DNA of 64,000 bases from Candidatus Woesebacteria bacterium RIFCSPHIGHO2_01_FULL_39_32 (GCA_001792345.1 MGGJ01000013.1:85371-149370), one strand, 5' to 3'. Counted from the stretch's first letter, positions 39,561-49,341 are shown. A program made the numbers and translations. The notes: generated from the sequence alone by a model not told the origin.

Positions 39561-40550
39561 CTAAAGAAGCGAAATTATTGCTTTTGCGAGTTTATTGGAA
39601 TCATGGCGTACAAGACTTCGGGCTAGTCTGTCCGAAGAAGGTTTTTCATAAAACTCATTAGATACAAAATTCGTTCTTATTATTTTGGCGTTCGTAACTT
39701 CACTTAAATTATCTTTCACCGGCTTTGCTTTTACCCTTTTATACCACTGCCTTGCTTTTTGGGGAATTTTCCCATTATTAATTAAAACAAAGTCAATATT
39801 CCCCTTTCCCAAATAATTTTCCATTTCTTCCAAATAATCTTTTGCAGTGTAATCGTTTGTCTGTCCGTAGCGTGTCATGAGATTCATTACAAAAACCACT
39901 TTACCTTTAGCTGCTTTGATTGCCTTGACAATTCCGTCAATGACTAAGTTAGGTAATACACTCGTATAGAGATCCCCCGGTCCCAAAACGATTAAATCAG
40001 CTTCTTTAATTTCTTTTATTGCTTTCGGATTAGCCTTTGCTTTCGGAAAGACATCAATGTGTACTATTTTTAACTTAGCCAGCTCCTCGGGAGGTTCATC
40101 AATAGCATGTTCCCCTAATACCTGCTTCTCATTTTCGTAAAGTGCAACAAGATTAGTGTTATCATATGTAACAGGGATAATTTTCCCTTGTACATCCAAA
40201 AACTCGCAGGTTTTTTCAATGGCCTTCTCCTGGGAACCGTAAATATCAGTGAGTGCTGCCATAAAAAGATTTCCGAAAGTCATACCGGTAATTCCGGTTC
40301 CTGCATTGTAACGATAAGTAAAAAGCTCTCTTACAATCTCGCTTGGTTTTTCGGAGGAAAGTGCAACCATGCACTGACGCAAATCTGAAGTCGGAAGAAG
40401 TCCAAATTCATCTCGAATCACGCGATTACTCCCTCCCGAATCCATCATGGAAACAATTACAGAAAGATCGACTTCATACTTTTTAAGCCCTAATAGAACG
40501 GTGTAAGTTCCCGTACCTCCACCAATTACTACTATTGTTTTCTTTTTCAC
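39561..40550 (-). CDS. YvcK/GlmR (CofD-related) family protein
   Basis: GGGTG, DSGGS, GPGDLYTS, LVRHD. Confidence 0.92.
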   Translation of the reverse strand: MKKKTIVVIGGGTGTYTVLLGLKKYEVDLSVIVSMMDSGGSNRVIRDEFGLLPTSDLRQCMVALSSEKPSEIVRELFTYRYNAGTGITGMTFGNLFMAALTDIYGSQEKAIEKTCEFLDVQGKIIPVTYDNTNLVALYENEKQVLGEHAIDEPPEELAKLKIVHIDVFPKAKANPKAIKEIKEADLIVLGPGDLYTSVLPNLVIDGIVKAIKAAKGKVVFVMNLMTRYGQTNDYTAKDYLEEMENYLGKGNIDFVLINNGKIPQKARQWYKRVKAKPVKDNLSEVTNAKIIRTNFVSNEFYEKPSSDRLARSLVRHDSNKLAKAIISLL

Positions 40551-41791
40551 TAAGAAAGTTTATTAACAATCTGACCTAATGACAAAAGCTCAGTATTATC
40601 TTTAATTCTCTCTTTCCACTCAATTTTAGCACCTGTATTTTCAGAAATGACTAATCTAACCGGAATTCCGATGAGATCTGCGTCTGCAAATTTTTCCCCA
40701 GCAGACACTTCCCTATCATCCCAAAGAACTTCTATCCCCGCGTTTCCTAATTTCTCATAAACTTCCCGAGCAAGATTTTGGATTTTGGATTTTGGATTTT
40801 GGATTTGAAGAAGGTGTGCCTCAAAAGGTGCTATCGTTTTATTCCAAATAATTCCCTTTTCATCATGACTCACCTCAACCCAAGCCCCCATTACACGAGT
40901 CGAACCTATTCCATAACTTCCAAACCAAATCGGCTTTTTCTTACCTTCTTTATCAGTGTAATAGACTCTCATTCTCTCTGCATACCAAGTACCCAGTGGA
41001 AAAATGTTCCCAACCTCAATTGACTTGGATTCGACAATTTTCCCCTTCTTGCACTTCTGGCATTTATCTCCCTTTTTACCTTTAAATATTTCTTTATTTT
41101 GCCCCCAACCACACGAATCACAATAATAGATAGTATCCTCTCCCCCTTCAGAAATAACCTGGAATTCGTGTGTATACTTATCAGTAAAAACTCCACCCGA
41201 AGCCTCAATCACCCTAAAATCAAATCCAAGCCTTTGGAAAATTTTGGAATATGCTTCTTTGGCCCTCTCATAGTAATCCATTAAATCTTTTTCTGTTGAA
41301 TGTGCAGAATAAAGATCTTTCATCATAAATTCCCTACCCCGAAGTATTCCACTTTTAGTTCTCAATTCATTCCTAAACTTAGTAGAAAAGTGATACAGAT
41401 AGACTGGTAAATCCGCATGGCTTACAACATTTTTTCGGAGTAAATCCATTACAATCTCTTCATGCGTGAATGAAAGGGCATACTCTCTACCAGCCTGATC
41501 TTTAAATTGATACATCACATCCTTGGCCTTATCCCAACGACCCGTTTCACTCCATATACTTTTAGGATGCCGCAGAGGCATAAGAAGTTCCTGCCCTCCA
41601 ATAGCATTCATTTCTTCACGGATAATGTTATTTATCTTTTGTATAACACGCCAACCAAGAGGAAGTAGGGTCCAACCACCTGCCATCAGCTGATCTATAA
41701 ATCCACCTCGGACTAGGTATTTATGATTAACGCTCTCCGCTTCCCTTGGTGCCTCTTTTTTTGTTTTAGGAAAGAGTTTAGATTGCAACAT
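40550..41791 (-). CDS. proS: proline--tRNA ligase (short form without editing domain)
   Basis: THEE, KFRNELR..GILRGREFMMKDLYS, IEVGNIF, GSYGIG, anticodon-binding domain. Confidence 0.96.
   Translation of the reverse strand: MLQSKLFPKTKKEAPREAESVNHKYLVRGGFIDQLMAGGWTLLPLGWRVIQKINNIIREEMNAIGGQELLMPLRHPKSIWSETGRWDKAKDVMYQFKDQAGREYALSFTHEEIVMDLLRKNVVSHADLPVYLYHFSTKFRNELRTKSGILRGREFMMKDLYSAHSTEKDLMDYYERAKEAYSKIFQRLGFDFRVIEASGGVFTDKYTHEFQVISEGGEDTIYYCDSCGWGQNKEIFKGKKGDKCQKCKKGKIVESKSIEVGNIFPLGTWYAERMRVYYTDKEGKKKPIWFGSYGIGSTRVMGAWVEVSHDEKGIIWNKTIAPFEAHLLQIQNPKSKIQNLAREVYEKLGNAGIEVLWDDREVSAGEKFADADLIGIPVRLVISENTGAKIEWKERIKDNTELLSLGQIVNKLS
40774..40807. repeat. heptamer tandem repeat (GATTTTG)x4 plus partial, in frame within proS
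   Basis: Directly visible; encodes QIQNPKSKIQNL. Confidence 0.9.
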
Positions 41792-41792
41792 A

Positions 41793-42128
41793 TTAATATA
41801 ATTTACCACCAATTACCGCTTCGTGCTTATCCGGAACCACAAGCACGCATTCGTGCTCATCGTCAGGCACACCCAATGTTAAAACTTCTGACTTAAAAGG
41901 TCCAATTTGTTTTTCAGGAAAGTTAACCACTCCCAGAATCTTTTTGCCCTCTAAATCTTCTTTTTTATAATATTTAACAAGTTGGGCGCTAGATTTTTTG
42001 ATACCAATTTCAGAGCCAAAATCAATTGTCAGTATATATGAAGGCTTCCTTGCTTCAGGGAAATCTTCAACCCCAACAATCTTTCCGACTCTTATATCTA
42101 GCTTTAAAAAATCGTCATAAGTTACCAT
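41793..42128 (-). CDS. csaA: CsaA/Trbp111-type tRNA-binding OB-fold protein
   Basis: DFLKLDIRVG, KKSSAQL, VVNFPEKQIG, SEVLTLG. Confidence 0.9.
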   Translation of the reverse strand: MVTYDDFLKLDIRVGKIVGVEDFPEARKPSYILTIDFGSEIGIKKSSAQLVKYYKKEDLEGKKILGVVNFPEKQIGPFKSEVLTLGVPDDEHECVLVVPDKHEAVIGGKLY

Positions 42129-42171
42129 TAATTATTCACCTTCCTTCATTATTACATTTATTGTTGACCAA

Positions 42172-42385
42172 TAAAAAAAGCCCTTGCAAACCAATAAACT
42201 CCCAATTATTAGTTCACAAGGGCCCTTCGACTTTGCTCAGGACTGTACCACCTTGTTCTTGTTACTCCATCGCTAAAGTAACCTTACTAGCTGGCTCCAA
42301 TAGTTATCGACACCAGCGTCTCTATTTTACGGTAGGGCTTCCGTACTGCTCGTCGCAGTCTGCTCATTTGGCGGGAAACCAAATT
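42172..42385 (-). promoter_or_regulatory. T-box-like leader with terminator upstream of csaA-proS
   Basis: Minus strand AACAAGGTGGTAC T-box core (42245-42258), upstream AGTA and AGAGA...GCTGG elements, then CCCTTG...CAAGGG stem plus T7. Confidence 0.7.
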
Positions 42386-42434
42386 CTAACGCTTTATTTA
42401 ATTGTTAATAGAAAAAGTATAACAGAAATATCGT

Positions 42435-43535
42435 TTATTTCAACACTGTCTCAATATATCCAGCAATTCCACCACCTGTAACAAGTTTTTGAATGTCATG
42501 CGCAGTTACCGCCAAGATAAGTAGTATCAAAATAATCATACCCACAGTGTGAACTAAGTGTTCAACCCTCGGAACAACTTTCCTGCCAAATAGGGATTCG
42601 ATTGCTATAAAAAGAAGTCTTCCACCATCAAGGGCCGGGAATGGCATGGCGTTAAGTATCGCAAGATTAACCGAAAGAACGCCTAAGAAATTAATTAACG
42701 ATAAGGCTCCGAACTTTGCAGCTTGAGAGGTTAGTGCAAAAATACCTACAGGACCCGCCACGTCTTTAGGTACAACCCCGATAAATAAATCTTTAAATAT
42801 TTGGAAAAATCCCGTTAAGACAATCTGGCCCCAAAAGATTGCTTCCTTGAAACCATAATAGACTCCGATAAAAGGCCGCTGCCAAATTGGGGGGTAATAA
42901 AGTTCGATGTTGCTAATTAAAACTCCCAATGCCCCTTCCCCCTCTGGAGGATCGGAACGTGGAATTGCTTTAAAGCTCCTAGTTTCCCCGTCTCTTAAAA
43001 TAGTAATTGAAATTTCTTCTCCCTGTTTCTCGTCCACCAAGCTAATAAGATCACTGTTGGATTTGATAGTCTTCCCATTGATATCCTTGACTATATCGGC
43101 CACTTTAAGACCTGATATATCTGCGGGTGAACCTTCTCTTATCTCTATAACATGAACGTTTTCAGATTCCCGAGGAATTCCTGAAAACGAATATACAATC
43201 GAAAAGGCAAAAATTGCTAGAGCAAAATTCATAAAAACACCCGCCAAGATAATAACTAGTCTTTGAAATTTTCCTTTATGAAGAAATGCTCTATCTGAGT
43301 TGGTAATTTCTTCTTCGGTATTTTCTCCGTGAAGTCTAACAAATCCTCCGAAAGGCAAAAGATTAATGGAATATATAGTTTCACCAATCTTTTTTCCCAA
43401 TACTCTCGGAGGTAGCCCAAAGCCAAATTCCTCAACCCAAACCCCAGCTCTACGGGAAGCTATGAAATGCCCAAACTCGTGAACAAGAACAAGAATCGAT
43501 AATACTATTAAAAAAGTAAGTACCGAAATAAGCAT
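42435..43535 (-). CDS. rseP: RIP metalloprotease RseP (M50) with PDZ
   Basis: HEFGH, GGFVRL, AGVFMN, NAMPFPALDGG. Confidence 0.95.
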   Translation of the reverse strand: MLISVLTFLIVLSILVLVHEFGHFIASRRAGVWVEEFGFGLPPRVLGKKIGETIYSINLLPFGGFVRLHGENTEEEITNSDRAFLHKGKFQRLVIILAGVFMNFALAIFAFSIVYSFSGIPRESENVHVIEIREGSPADISGLKVADIVKDINGKTIKSNSDLISLVDEKQGEEISITILRDGETRSFKAIPRSDPPEGEGALGVLISNIELYYPPIWQRPFIGVYYGFKEAIFWGQIVLTGFFQIFKDLFIGVVPKDVAGPVGIFALTSQAAKFGALSLINFLGVLSVNLAILNAMPFPALDGGRLLFIAIESLFGRKVVPRVEHLVHTVGMIILILLILAVTAHDIQKLVTGGGIAGYIETVLK

Positions 43536-43662
43536 AGTAGAAGGATAGCATTTTTAACTCAAATGTTAAAACTCAAATCGCAAATCCATGCTGAAAACTT
43601 AATAACTCTAAAGATAAAAAGGTTTGAGATATGGTTTTGAACTTTAAGATATGAGTTTTGAG

Positions 43663-44217
43663 TTAAATCTGAAGTAGTTCCTGTTCTTTCTTCTTGCCGA
43701 TCTCTTCGATATTTGTTATAAACTCGTCGGTAATTTCCTGCAAAAGTTTCTCTTGGTTAAATTTATCGTCCTCACTAAGCTCTTTTTTTTCGAAGCTTTG
43801 CTTTATGTCCCGCATTCCATCTCCCCTAATTTGCCGAATCATAATCCGTCCGTTTTCCAGCTTTGTGTGAAGAAGCTTTACATACCTTTCTCTATCCTCA
43901 GATGTTAGTGGAGGCAAGCTTATTCTAATCAATTCACCGTCGATTGATGGGTTCAAACCGATATTTGCGGCCAAAATACCCTGACGAATCTCTCCAATAA
44001 TAGACTTATCCCAAGGTTCAATATTTAAAGTTTGTGGATCGGGGGCCGTAATTGTAGCAAGCTCCTGAATTTTTAACTTTTGTGTTCCTCCATACACTCC
44101 CACACCTAATCCTTCTACAAGTGAGGGGGTTGCTCGACCGGTTCTTATTGAAGAAACATCAGAAGTAATCATCTCCAAAACCTGCTGCATCCGAGATCGT
44201 ATTGAATCCTCGTCCAT
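43663..44217 (-). CDS. frr: ribosome recycling factor
   Basis: IRTGRA, PPLTSEDR, IRQIR. Confidence 0.96.
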   Translation of the reverse strand: MDEDSIRSRMQQVLEMITSDVSSIRTGRATPSLVEGLGVGVYGGTQKLKIQELATITAPDPQTLNIEPWDKSIIGEIRQGILAANIGLNPSIDGELIRISLPPLTSEDRERYVKLLHTKLENGRIMIRQIRGDGMRDIKQSFEKKELSEDDKFNQEKLLQEITDEFITNIEEIGKKKEQELLQI

Positions 44218-44218
44218 T

Positions 44219-44674
44219 TTACTTCTGCCCTAATTCTACACGAAAGATTCTACCAATGCGAGCGTTTTCTCCAGTTTTTGCGATAACCTCTTTTACTAAA
44301 TCTTCCACTATTTTCGACGGATCTTTGATGAATTCTTGTTTCTCGAAATCCTTTTCTCCCATTGACGCAACCTGCATTGCTAAATCGTGTGCCAGGTTTT
44401 GGAAAAGTTCGTTTCTTGCTACAAAATCGGTTTCACAAAAAAGCTCGATTACCCCAACAACCTTTTGGTTATGATGTGCGTATGTGGCAACTATTCCTTC
44501 CGAAGTTTCACGCCTAACCCTTTTTGCAACTTTTTCAAATCCTTCTTTTCTCAAAATCTCTTCGGCTTTTTTCATATCACCTTTAAGCTCCTCAAGAACC
44601 TTTTTTGTTCTCATAACTGGAGCACCTGTGTCCTCTTTTAATTCTCGGATTTGATCGACTGTAATTTTTGTCAT
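44219..44674 (-). CDS. tsf: elongation factor Ts (short form)
   Basis: ELKEDTGA, ELFCETDFVARN, GEN. Confidence 0.95.
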   Translation of the reverse strand: MTKITVDQIRELKEDTGAPVMRTKKVLEELKGDMKKAEEILRKEGFEKVAKRVRRETSEGIVATYAHHNQKVVGVIELFCETDFVARNELFQNLAHDLAMQVASMGEKDFEKQEFIKDPSKIVEDLVKEVIAKTGENARIGRIFRVELGQK

Positions 44675-44687
44675 ATTTATATGTTTT

Positions 44688-45398
44688 TTAGCTTTTCTGT
44701 TTCTCAGTTTTTTTCTTACTTCCTTTTCCTTCGATAATCGTTTCTCCCATCAATTCCAATACGTATTCAACTGCTCGAGTTGCGTCATCGTTCATTGGAA
44801 TAGGATAGTCCAAGTCCGTTGGATCACTATTGGAATCAACTATTCCTACAGTTGTAACTCCACTTGCGATGGCTTCTTTGACTGCAGTTATTTCGCGTCT
44901 AACATCAACTATAACTAAAAGATCGGGTAGTTTTTGCATTCCAACGAGTCCTCCAAAAAATCGTATCAATCTTTGAACTTCACGATCGATAAGGAGTCTT
45001 TCTTTTTTTGTGTAACCCTTATACTCTCCTGACTCAAGTCCCTTTTTCATCTCTTCCAATTTCTGGAGGGACCTTTTTACCTGCTCAAAGTTGGTTAAAA
45101 TTCCACCTAGCCAGCGCTCGTTTATAAAAAAACTACCGGAATCCTCCGCAACTTTTTTAATTTGCTCTTTTGCTTGTTTTTTGGTTCCGACGAAAAGAAT
45201 TGTTTTACCTTCCTTTGAAGCTGTTTTAAGAACATTCAACGCCTCATCTAGTGCTTCTTTAGTTTTCGTTAAATCAAAAATGTGGATACCGTCTTTTTCT
45301 CCGTAAATAAACTCCTTCATTTTCGGATTCCAACGACGGGTCTGATGCCCGAAATGAGCACCCGACGCAATAAGTTCTTTAAGCGATACCTCTGGCAT
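44688..45398 (-). CDS. rpsB: 30S ribosomal protein S2
   Basis: GAHFGHQTRRWNPKM, FVGTK, RWLGG, PMNDD. Confidence 0.98.
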   Translation of the reverse strand: MPEVSLKELIASGAHFGHQTRRWNPKMKEFIYGEKDGIHIFDLTKTKEALDEALNVLKTASKEGKTILFVGTKKQAKEQIKKVAEDSGSFFINERWLGGILTNFEQVKRSLQKLEEMKKGLESGEYKGYTKKERLLIDREVQRLIRFFGGLVGMQKLPDLLVIVDVRREITAVKEAIASGVTTVGIVDSNSDPTDLDYPIPMNDDATRAVEYVLELMGETIIEGKGSKKKTEKQKS

Positions 45399-45549
45399 AA
45401 TATGGATTGGTTCCTTGTACCTCTACCCGAAGCTAAGAAGCCCCATAGGAGTCCTTCAGGAACCTGCTTCAGATATGCGTATTCTCCTAAATAATTAGGA
45501 GTGAGAGTATTGTAACAATATCAAAGCCGTTTTACAATATTAAAAAGAT

Positions 45550-47481
45550 ATGTCCGACAACGATTTAGATGCTCAGGAGCTATTGCCGACCGAGGGGAAG
45601 AATTTACAAATCGAGAATAAGTATCCTGCAACTCTTTACTTGGCAATTATTAAACAGATGGGAAGTAAAGATATGATGACACGTCTTGCGGGAGAAAAAA
45701 TCGGGTTTGTTGAATCACAAGATCCCGAGCATCCCTTGGTTAATATTGAATCCAGGATACGTGGGAATTTAATTCATACCCAATGGGAAGATATTCCTGA
45801 CCACCCTGGATCAAGACGGGGAGTTGGTAAACAGATACAAGAATTCAATTGGGAGACCAGATTTAAACTTCATAATCATACATATATAGATGAGGAAGTG
45901 GCATCCTCAATAGGTAGTCAATTAACAGAAAAAGGTTATGAAACTCGGACTGAATCTACCCGAACTGGATCTAAAAAGATGTTTATCGAGTCCCCTGCGG
46001 GGAAATTTGAATTGTCGTTAGGCTTTCCAAATCCACAAGCACTGATCAAGTTTTACCAAGACCAATTGGTTGAATATAGAGCAAAGTATTCAAGTCTTGT
46101 CCAGTTTCAACTTTCGCAAATTGAAACAGTTCGGAAAGGAGAAGAAGAAAGTTCTTTACACCTTGAAATAGCCAATTCGCATCCCAATTTAGGCCCTTCG
46201 GGAACTCCTTTAGAATCGAAAGAACAAGCTCTGGCTTATATAGAGCAAGGTAAAAAGCTAGCTGAATTTGTTGCAACCTTATTGACCAAAGAGCTTGGTG
46301 GTGGTAGGAGTTTTCCAGTCATAAATATGGAATGGAAGACTAGTTCTGTCCAACCTGCCCTATGGCATGAAGCAGGAAAAGTTAACCTCCTTGAAGACTT
46401 AAAAAACATACCGATAAGCGAATTAAATTCCTCCCTTGTCAGAGTAATACAGACTCTTAAGGAGGAAAAGAACGCCCCTGATCTTTTTACCAAAAGTGGA
46501 ATGGACTCGGAAGCCAAAAAAATGCTCGGCTTAATCGAAGATTATTTCCAAAATCGTTTTACAGTAATTAAACCTGAAGATTTTGCTACCTTAGATGGAC
46601 AGGACAAGGCTTTATTAGCACTTGGGCTTACCTTGAAGTCGATAGAAGGAGCAATAGTTAGGGACAACGATCGTTTTATTCCCCCTAATCAATCCAGTAT
46701 ATGTGGGGTAAAATTTCAAAGATATGGCGAGAGTATGCGCGACCGTTTCGAATTTTATATGCAACAAGATCGGAAGTTCAAATATGACAAAGAAACCTCA
46801 GAACCAGCAGATTTCCTTTTACTACACACTACTTTTGAAGGGCAAGCCGATAATTTAACAAGATATGAAAGAATACAATCAGAGAATTTGGGGAAGACAA
46901 GGCAATGGATTATTACACAATTAGAACCCGAAAAAGCAGGAAGGTATACTGCTGATGACGTGGAAAAGATAAACAGCTTGCTGCTCCTTGACTTAGTCCC
47001 CGATCGTGTCCTCGGCATGTTCAGGAAAACACAGAACGCGATGATTGAAGGGCGGATAGGCATGACCCAGCCAGAAGACATCGAGAGAAATCTTAATTCT
47101 TTACTAGAAAATACAGGTAAATATATTTCAGATACACAAAGATCTGGACAGATCGACGAGGATGCCGTTTTACGTACCCTCGTGCAAAATTGGTCATATT
47201 TTGATGCCATTCACCCAATGGAAGAAGGAAATGGAAGAACAGGAACATTGCTCTTCGAATCCTGGTATAGGCTCTTATATGGTTCGCAAAAACGTTTTGT
47301 ATCTGAAAGAAAAGAGTCTTATTTACTATCGCAAGCTATATCAGAGGCACTGAAAGGTAACTCGAACTATGAGTTTTGGTATTCTCCAAACTCCAAACCA
47401 TCAGGCCTAGAAGGAGATATTGAACCTCTTTTTGAATATGTCAAATCTCACTTGGTAGAAACCGCCGAACCAACAAGTTAA
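45550..47481 (+). CDS. large protein with C-terminal Fic domain
   Basis: IHPMEEGNGRTG resembles the Fic motif HPFxxGNGR; N-terminal ~450 aa unrecognised. Confidence 0.75.
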   Translation: MSDNDLDAQELLPTEGKNLQIENKYPATLYLAIIKQMGSKDMMTRLAGEKIGFVESQDPEHPLVNIESRIRGNLIHTQWEDIPDHPGSRRGVGKQIQEFNWETRFKLHNHTYIDEEVASSIGSQLTEKGYETRTESTRTGSKKMFIESPAGKFELSLGFPNPQALIKFYQDQLVEYRAKYSSLVQFQLSQIETVRKGEEESSLHLEIANSHPNLGPSGTPLESKEQALAYIEQGKKLAEFVATLLTKELGGGRSFPVINMEWKTSSVQPALWHEAGKVNLLEDLKNIPISELNSSLVRVIQTLKEEKNAPDLFTKSGMDSEAKKMLGLIEDYFQNRFTVIKPEDFATLDGQDKALLALGLTLKSIEGAIVRDNDRFIPPNQSSICGVKFQRYGESMRDRFEFYMQQDRKFKYDKETSEPADFLLLHTTFEGQADNLTRYERIQSENLGKTRQWIITQLEPEKAGRYTADDVEKINSLLLLDLVPDRVLGMFRKTQNAMIEGRIGMTQPEDIERNLNSLLENTGKYISDTQRSGQIDEDAVLRTLVQNWSYFDAIHPMEEGNGRTGTLLFESWYRLLYGSQKRFVSERKESYLLSQAISEALKGNSNYEFWYSPNSKPSGLEGDIEPLFEYVKSHLVETAEPTS

Positions 47482-47529
47482 TTTCAAACAGCTGTTTTGA
47501 AAGTAACACTTAATCATTTATAACTCCAA

Positions 47530-47559
47530 GCTGCCTCGACTAAATTTTCCAAAAGAGCT
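47530..47559. repeat. 30-bp direct repeat of the folD 3' end (other copy 48420-48449)
   Basis: GCTGCCTCGAC(T/C)AAATTTTCCAAAAGAGCT, 29/30 identical, 890 bp apart. Confidence 0.9.
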
Positions 47560-47583
47560 AAATTTGTAACAGTGCGATTCCGA

Positions 47584-48399
47584 TTATTCTAATTTATACT
47601 TTCCTCCACCCCCAACGGGTCTCTCAGGTCTTATCGGATGAGAGGTTCTTTTTTCTAAATACGCTTTTTGGAGATCAAAAACGTCACTTTCCCAACCATT
47701 TTTTCTCAAAGCTTGGAAATATTCTGCAACGTTTTTTCCGACATATATCCAATGCCATGATTCGTTTGTTATACCGTCGTGGCCTCGATCGTAAGAAATG
47801 ACAAAACCGTATTCCCAAGCGTTTTTTACTAACCATTCATATTCCCTTGTTTTTTCAAATCCCGCTCCTTCTTTAGCTACATTCCCAATGCTGAGAGTAG
47901 TAAAGTCAAGCGCAAGACCTGTATGGTGTTGTGAAGTTCCTGGCAGCATTGATGTTTTATTATCCTCGCCTTCGCGCTTATGTATTAATTCCTGTTCTTC
48001 CCAAGAACGGTATCCGCTTCTTACTTTAATATCAACCCCAGCAATTGAAGATGCAATTAATAAATCTTCCAATGGTTGAACTACCAACGAATGGATTCTA
48101 ACTTTACCAGTAACATCTGCTCGTCTTAGGAACCCTTCGGGAGAAAACTGACTTAGAGGTTTTAGTTCAGGTTCTATTTCTTCCTTAATAAAAGATTGCT
48201 CTAAAGGATGCTCTCTATCGACCAACTTAACGCATAATAGATCTTCGGGTTCGGGAAGATTTGTTGGCTCTTTGTCGGAAGTTGTGTTAGAAAATTCATT
48301 GGGTTTTAACGCAAGAGTCCCGAGACCCAGTGCACTAAGTTTTAAGAAATCTCTTCTTGTAACTTGTTTTTGATTTGCTTCTGGATTATCTTCGCTCAT
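47584..48399 (-). CDS. M15B (VanY-like) D-Ala-D-Ala carboxypeptidase with twin-arginine-like N-terminus
   Basis: SGYRS, PGTSQHHTGLALD, ESWH motifs; TRRDFLK. Confidence 0.88.
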   Translation of the reverse strand: MSEDNPEANQKQVTRRDFLKLSALGLGTLALKPNEFSNTTSDKEPTNLPEPEDLLCVKLVDREHPLEQSFIKEEIEPELKPLSQFSPEGFLRRADVTGKVRIHSLVVQPLEDLLIASSIAGVDIKVRSGYRSWEEQELIHKREGEDNKTSMLPGTSQHHTGLALDFTTLSIGNVAKEGAGFEKTREYEWLVKNAWEYGFVISYDRGHDGITNESWHWIYVGKNVAEYFQALRKNGWESDVFDLQKAYLEKRTSHPIRPERPVGGGGKYKLE

Positions 48400-48412
48400 G
48401 ATTCAAGTTAAT

Positions 48413-49222
48413 TTAAATCGCTGCCTCGACCAAATTTTCCAAAAGAGCTGATATTGTGATGGGACCGATGCCACCTGGGACTGGAGAAATAAAAGCGGCT
48501 TTATCGATAATTTCATCGGCTTTTACATCGCCTTTCGGTGAGCCCACGTCTATAATCACAGCCCCATCCTTTATTTCCTCTTTTCCAATAATTCCAGGAG
48601 AACCTGTCACGCTTATCAAAATATCTGCTTGTCTTGTCTTAGTATTTAGATTTTCAATCTCTCTGTCGAGTCCTTCGACAACGTAGACCATTTCTTTCAT
48701 AACTTTAAAAATCTTTTTCCCTTCAAATCCCTTAGCTCCAACTACTGCCACCTTTAAAGGTGGCACCTTTAAAGTAATATAAGGAGTTGCTTCACGAACT
48801 ACTTCCAAAACTGCTTTTACAGTTGGGGTTAGATATAGACCATCTTCGCGTAAACCGTCAACATCTTTTTCTTTTGCAATTGTCTTAATTATTTCGTCTC
48901 TGTCTTTTTCAGAAAAATTCGCAGGAAGTGGCAACTGCACCATTATTCCGTGGGTACTTTCATCCTTATTTAAAGTCTGAATCAATCCAATAATCTTTTC
49001 TTTTCTTACATCTGACATCATACTTCTTACTTCTACTTCAGCTCCTACTCTTTCCGCTGCTTTTTTCTTTAATTTGACATACATAACGCTTGCCGGATTA
49101 TCTCCAACAAGAATTGAAACTAGTTTTGGTTTGATACTTCTTTCACTTAGTCTCTTAATCTCTTCTTTTAACTTAATTTCTTTCTCTCTCGCAAATGTTT
49201 TTCCATCAAAAATAATTGCCAT
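48413..49222 (-). CDS. folD: methylenetetrahydrofolate dehydrogenase/cyclohydrolase
   Basis: YVKLK, GIMVQLPLP, KDVDG, IDVG, SPVPGGIGP. Confidence 0.93.
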   Translation of the reverse strand: MAIIFDGKTFAREKEIKLKEEIKRLSERSIKPKLVSILVGDNPASVMYVKLKKKAAERVGAEVEVRSMMSDVRKEKIIGLIQTLNKDESTHGIMVQLPLPANFSEKDRDEIIKTIAKEKDVDGLREDGLYLTPTVKAVLEVVREATPYITLKVPPLKVAVVGAKGFEGKKIFKVMKEMVYVVEGLDREIENLNTKTRQADILISVTGSPGIIGKEEIKDGAVIIDVGSPKGDVKADEIIDKAAFISPVPGGIGPITISALLENLVEAAI

Positions 49223-49341
49223 ATCTGGTAATTCTAGTTCATTTACCTACCAGATCACAAGAATTTCACGAAAATTTATGTATATGCTAAGCTTAGGTAA
49301 GTTAATAAAAAGGCCACCGGCCTTGAGAGGAGGTGAAAATA

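Noticed and set aside
42026-42481. 151-aa plus-strand ORF, or an RNase P/tmRNA gene in this gap
   Set aside because: The ORF is antisense to csaA and rseP with no motif; the gap lacks RNase P or tmRNA signatures and fits a T-box leader
47584-48399. Vancomycin resistance gene cluster
   Set aside because: Only a lone M15B peptidase is present, with no vanHAX or vanRS genes
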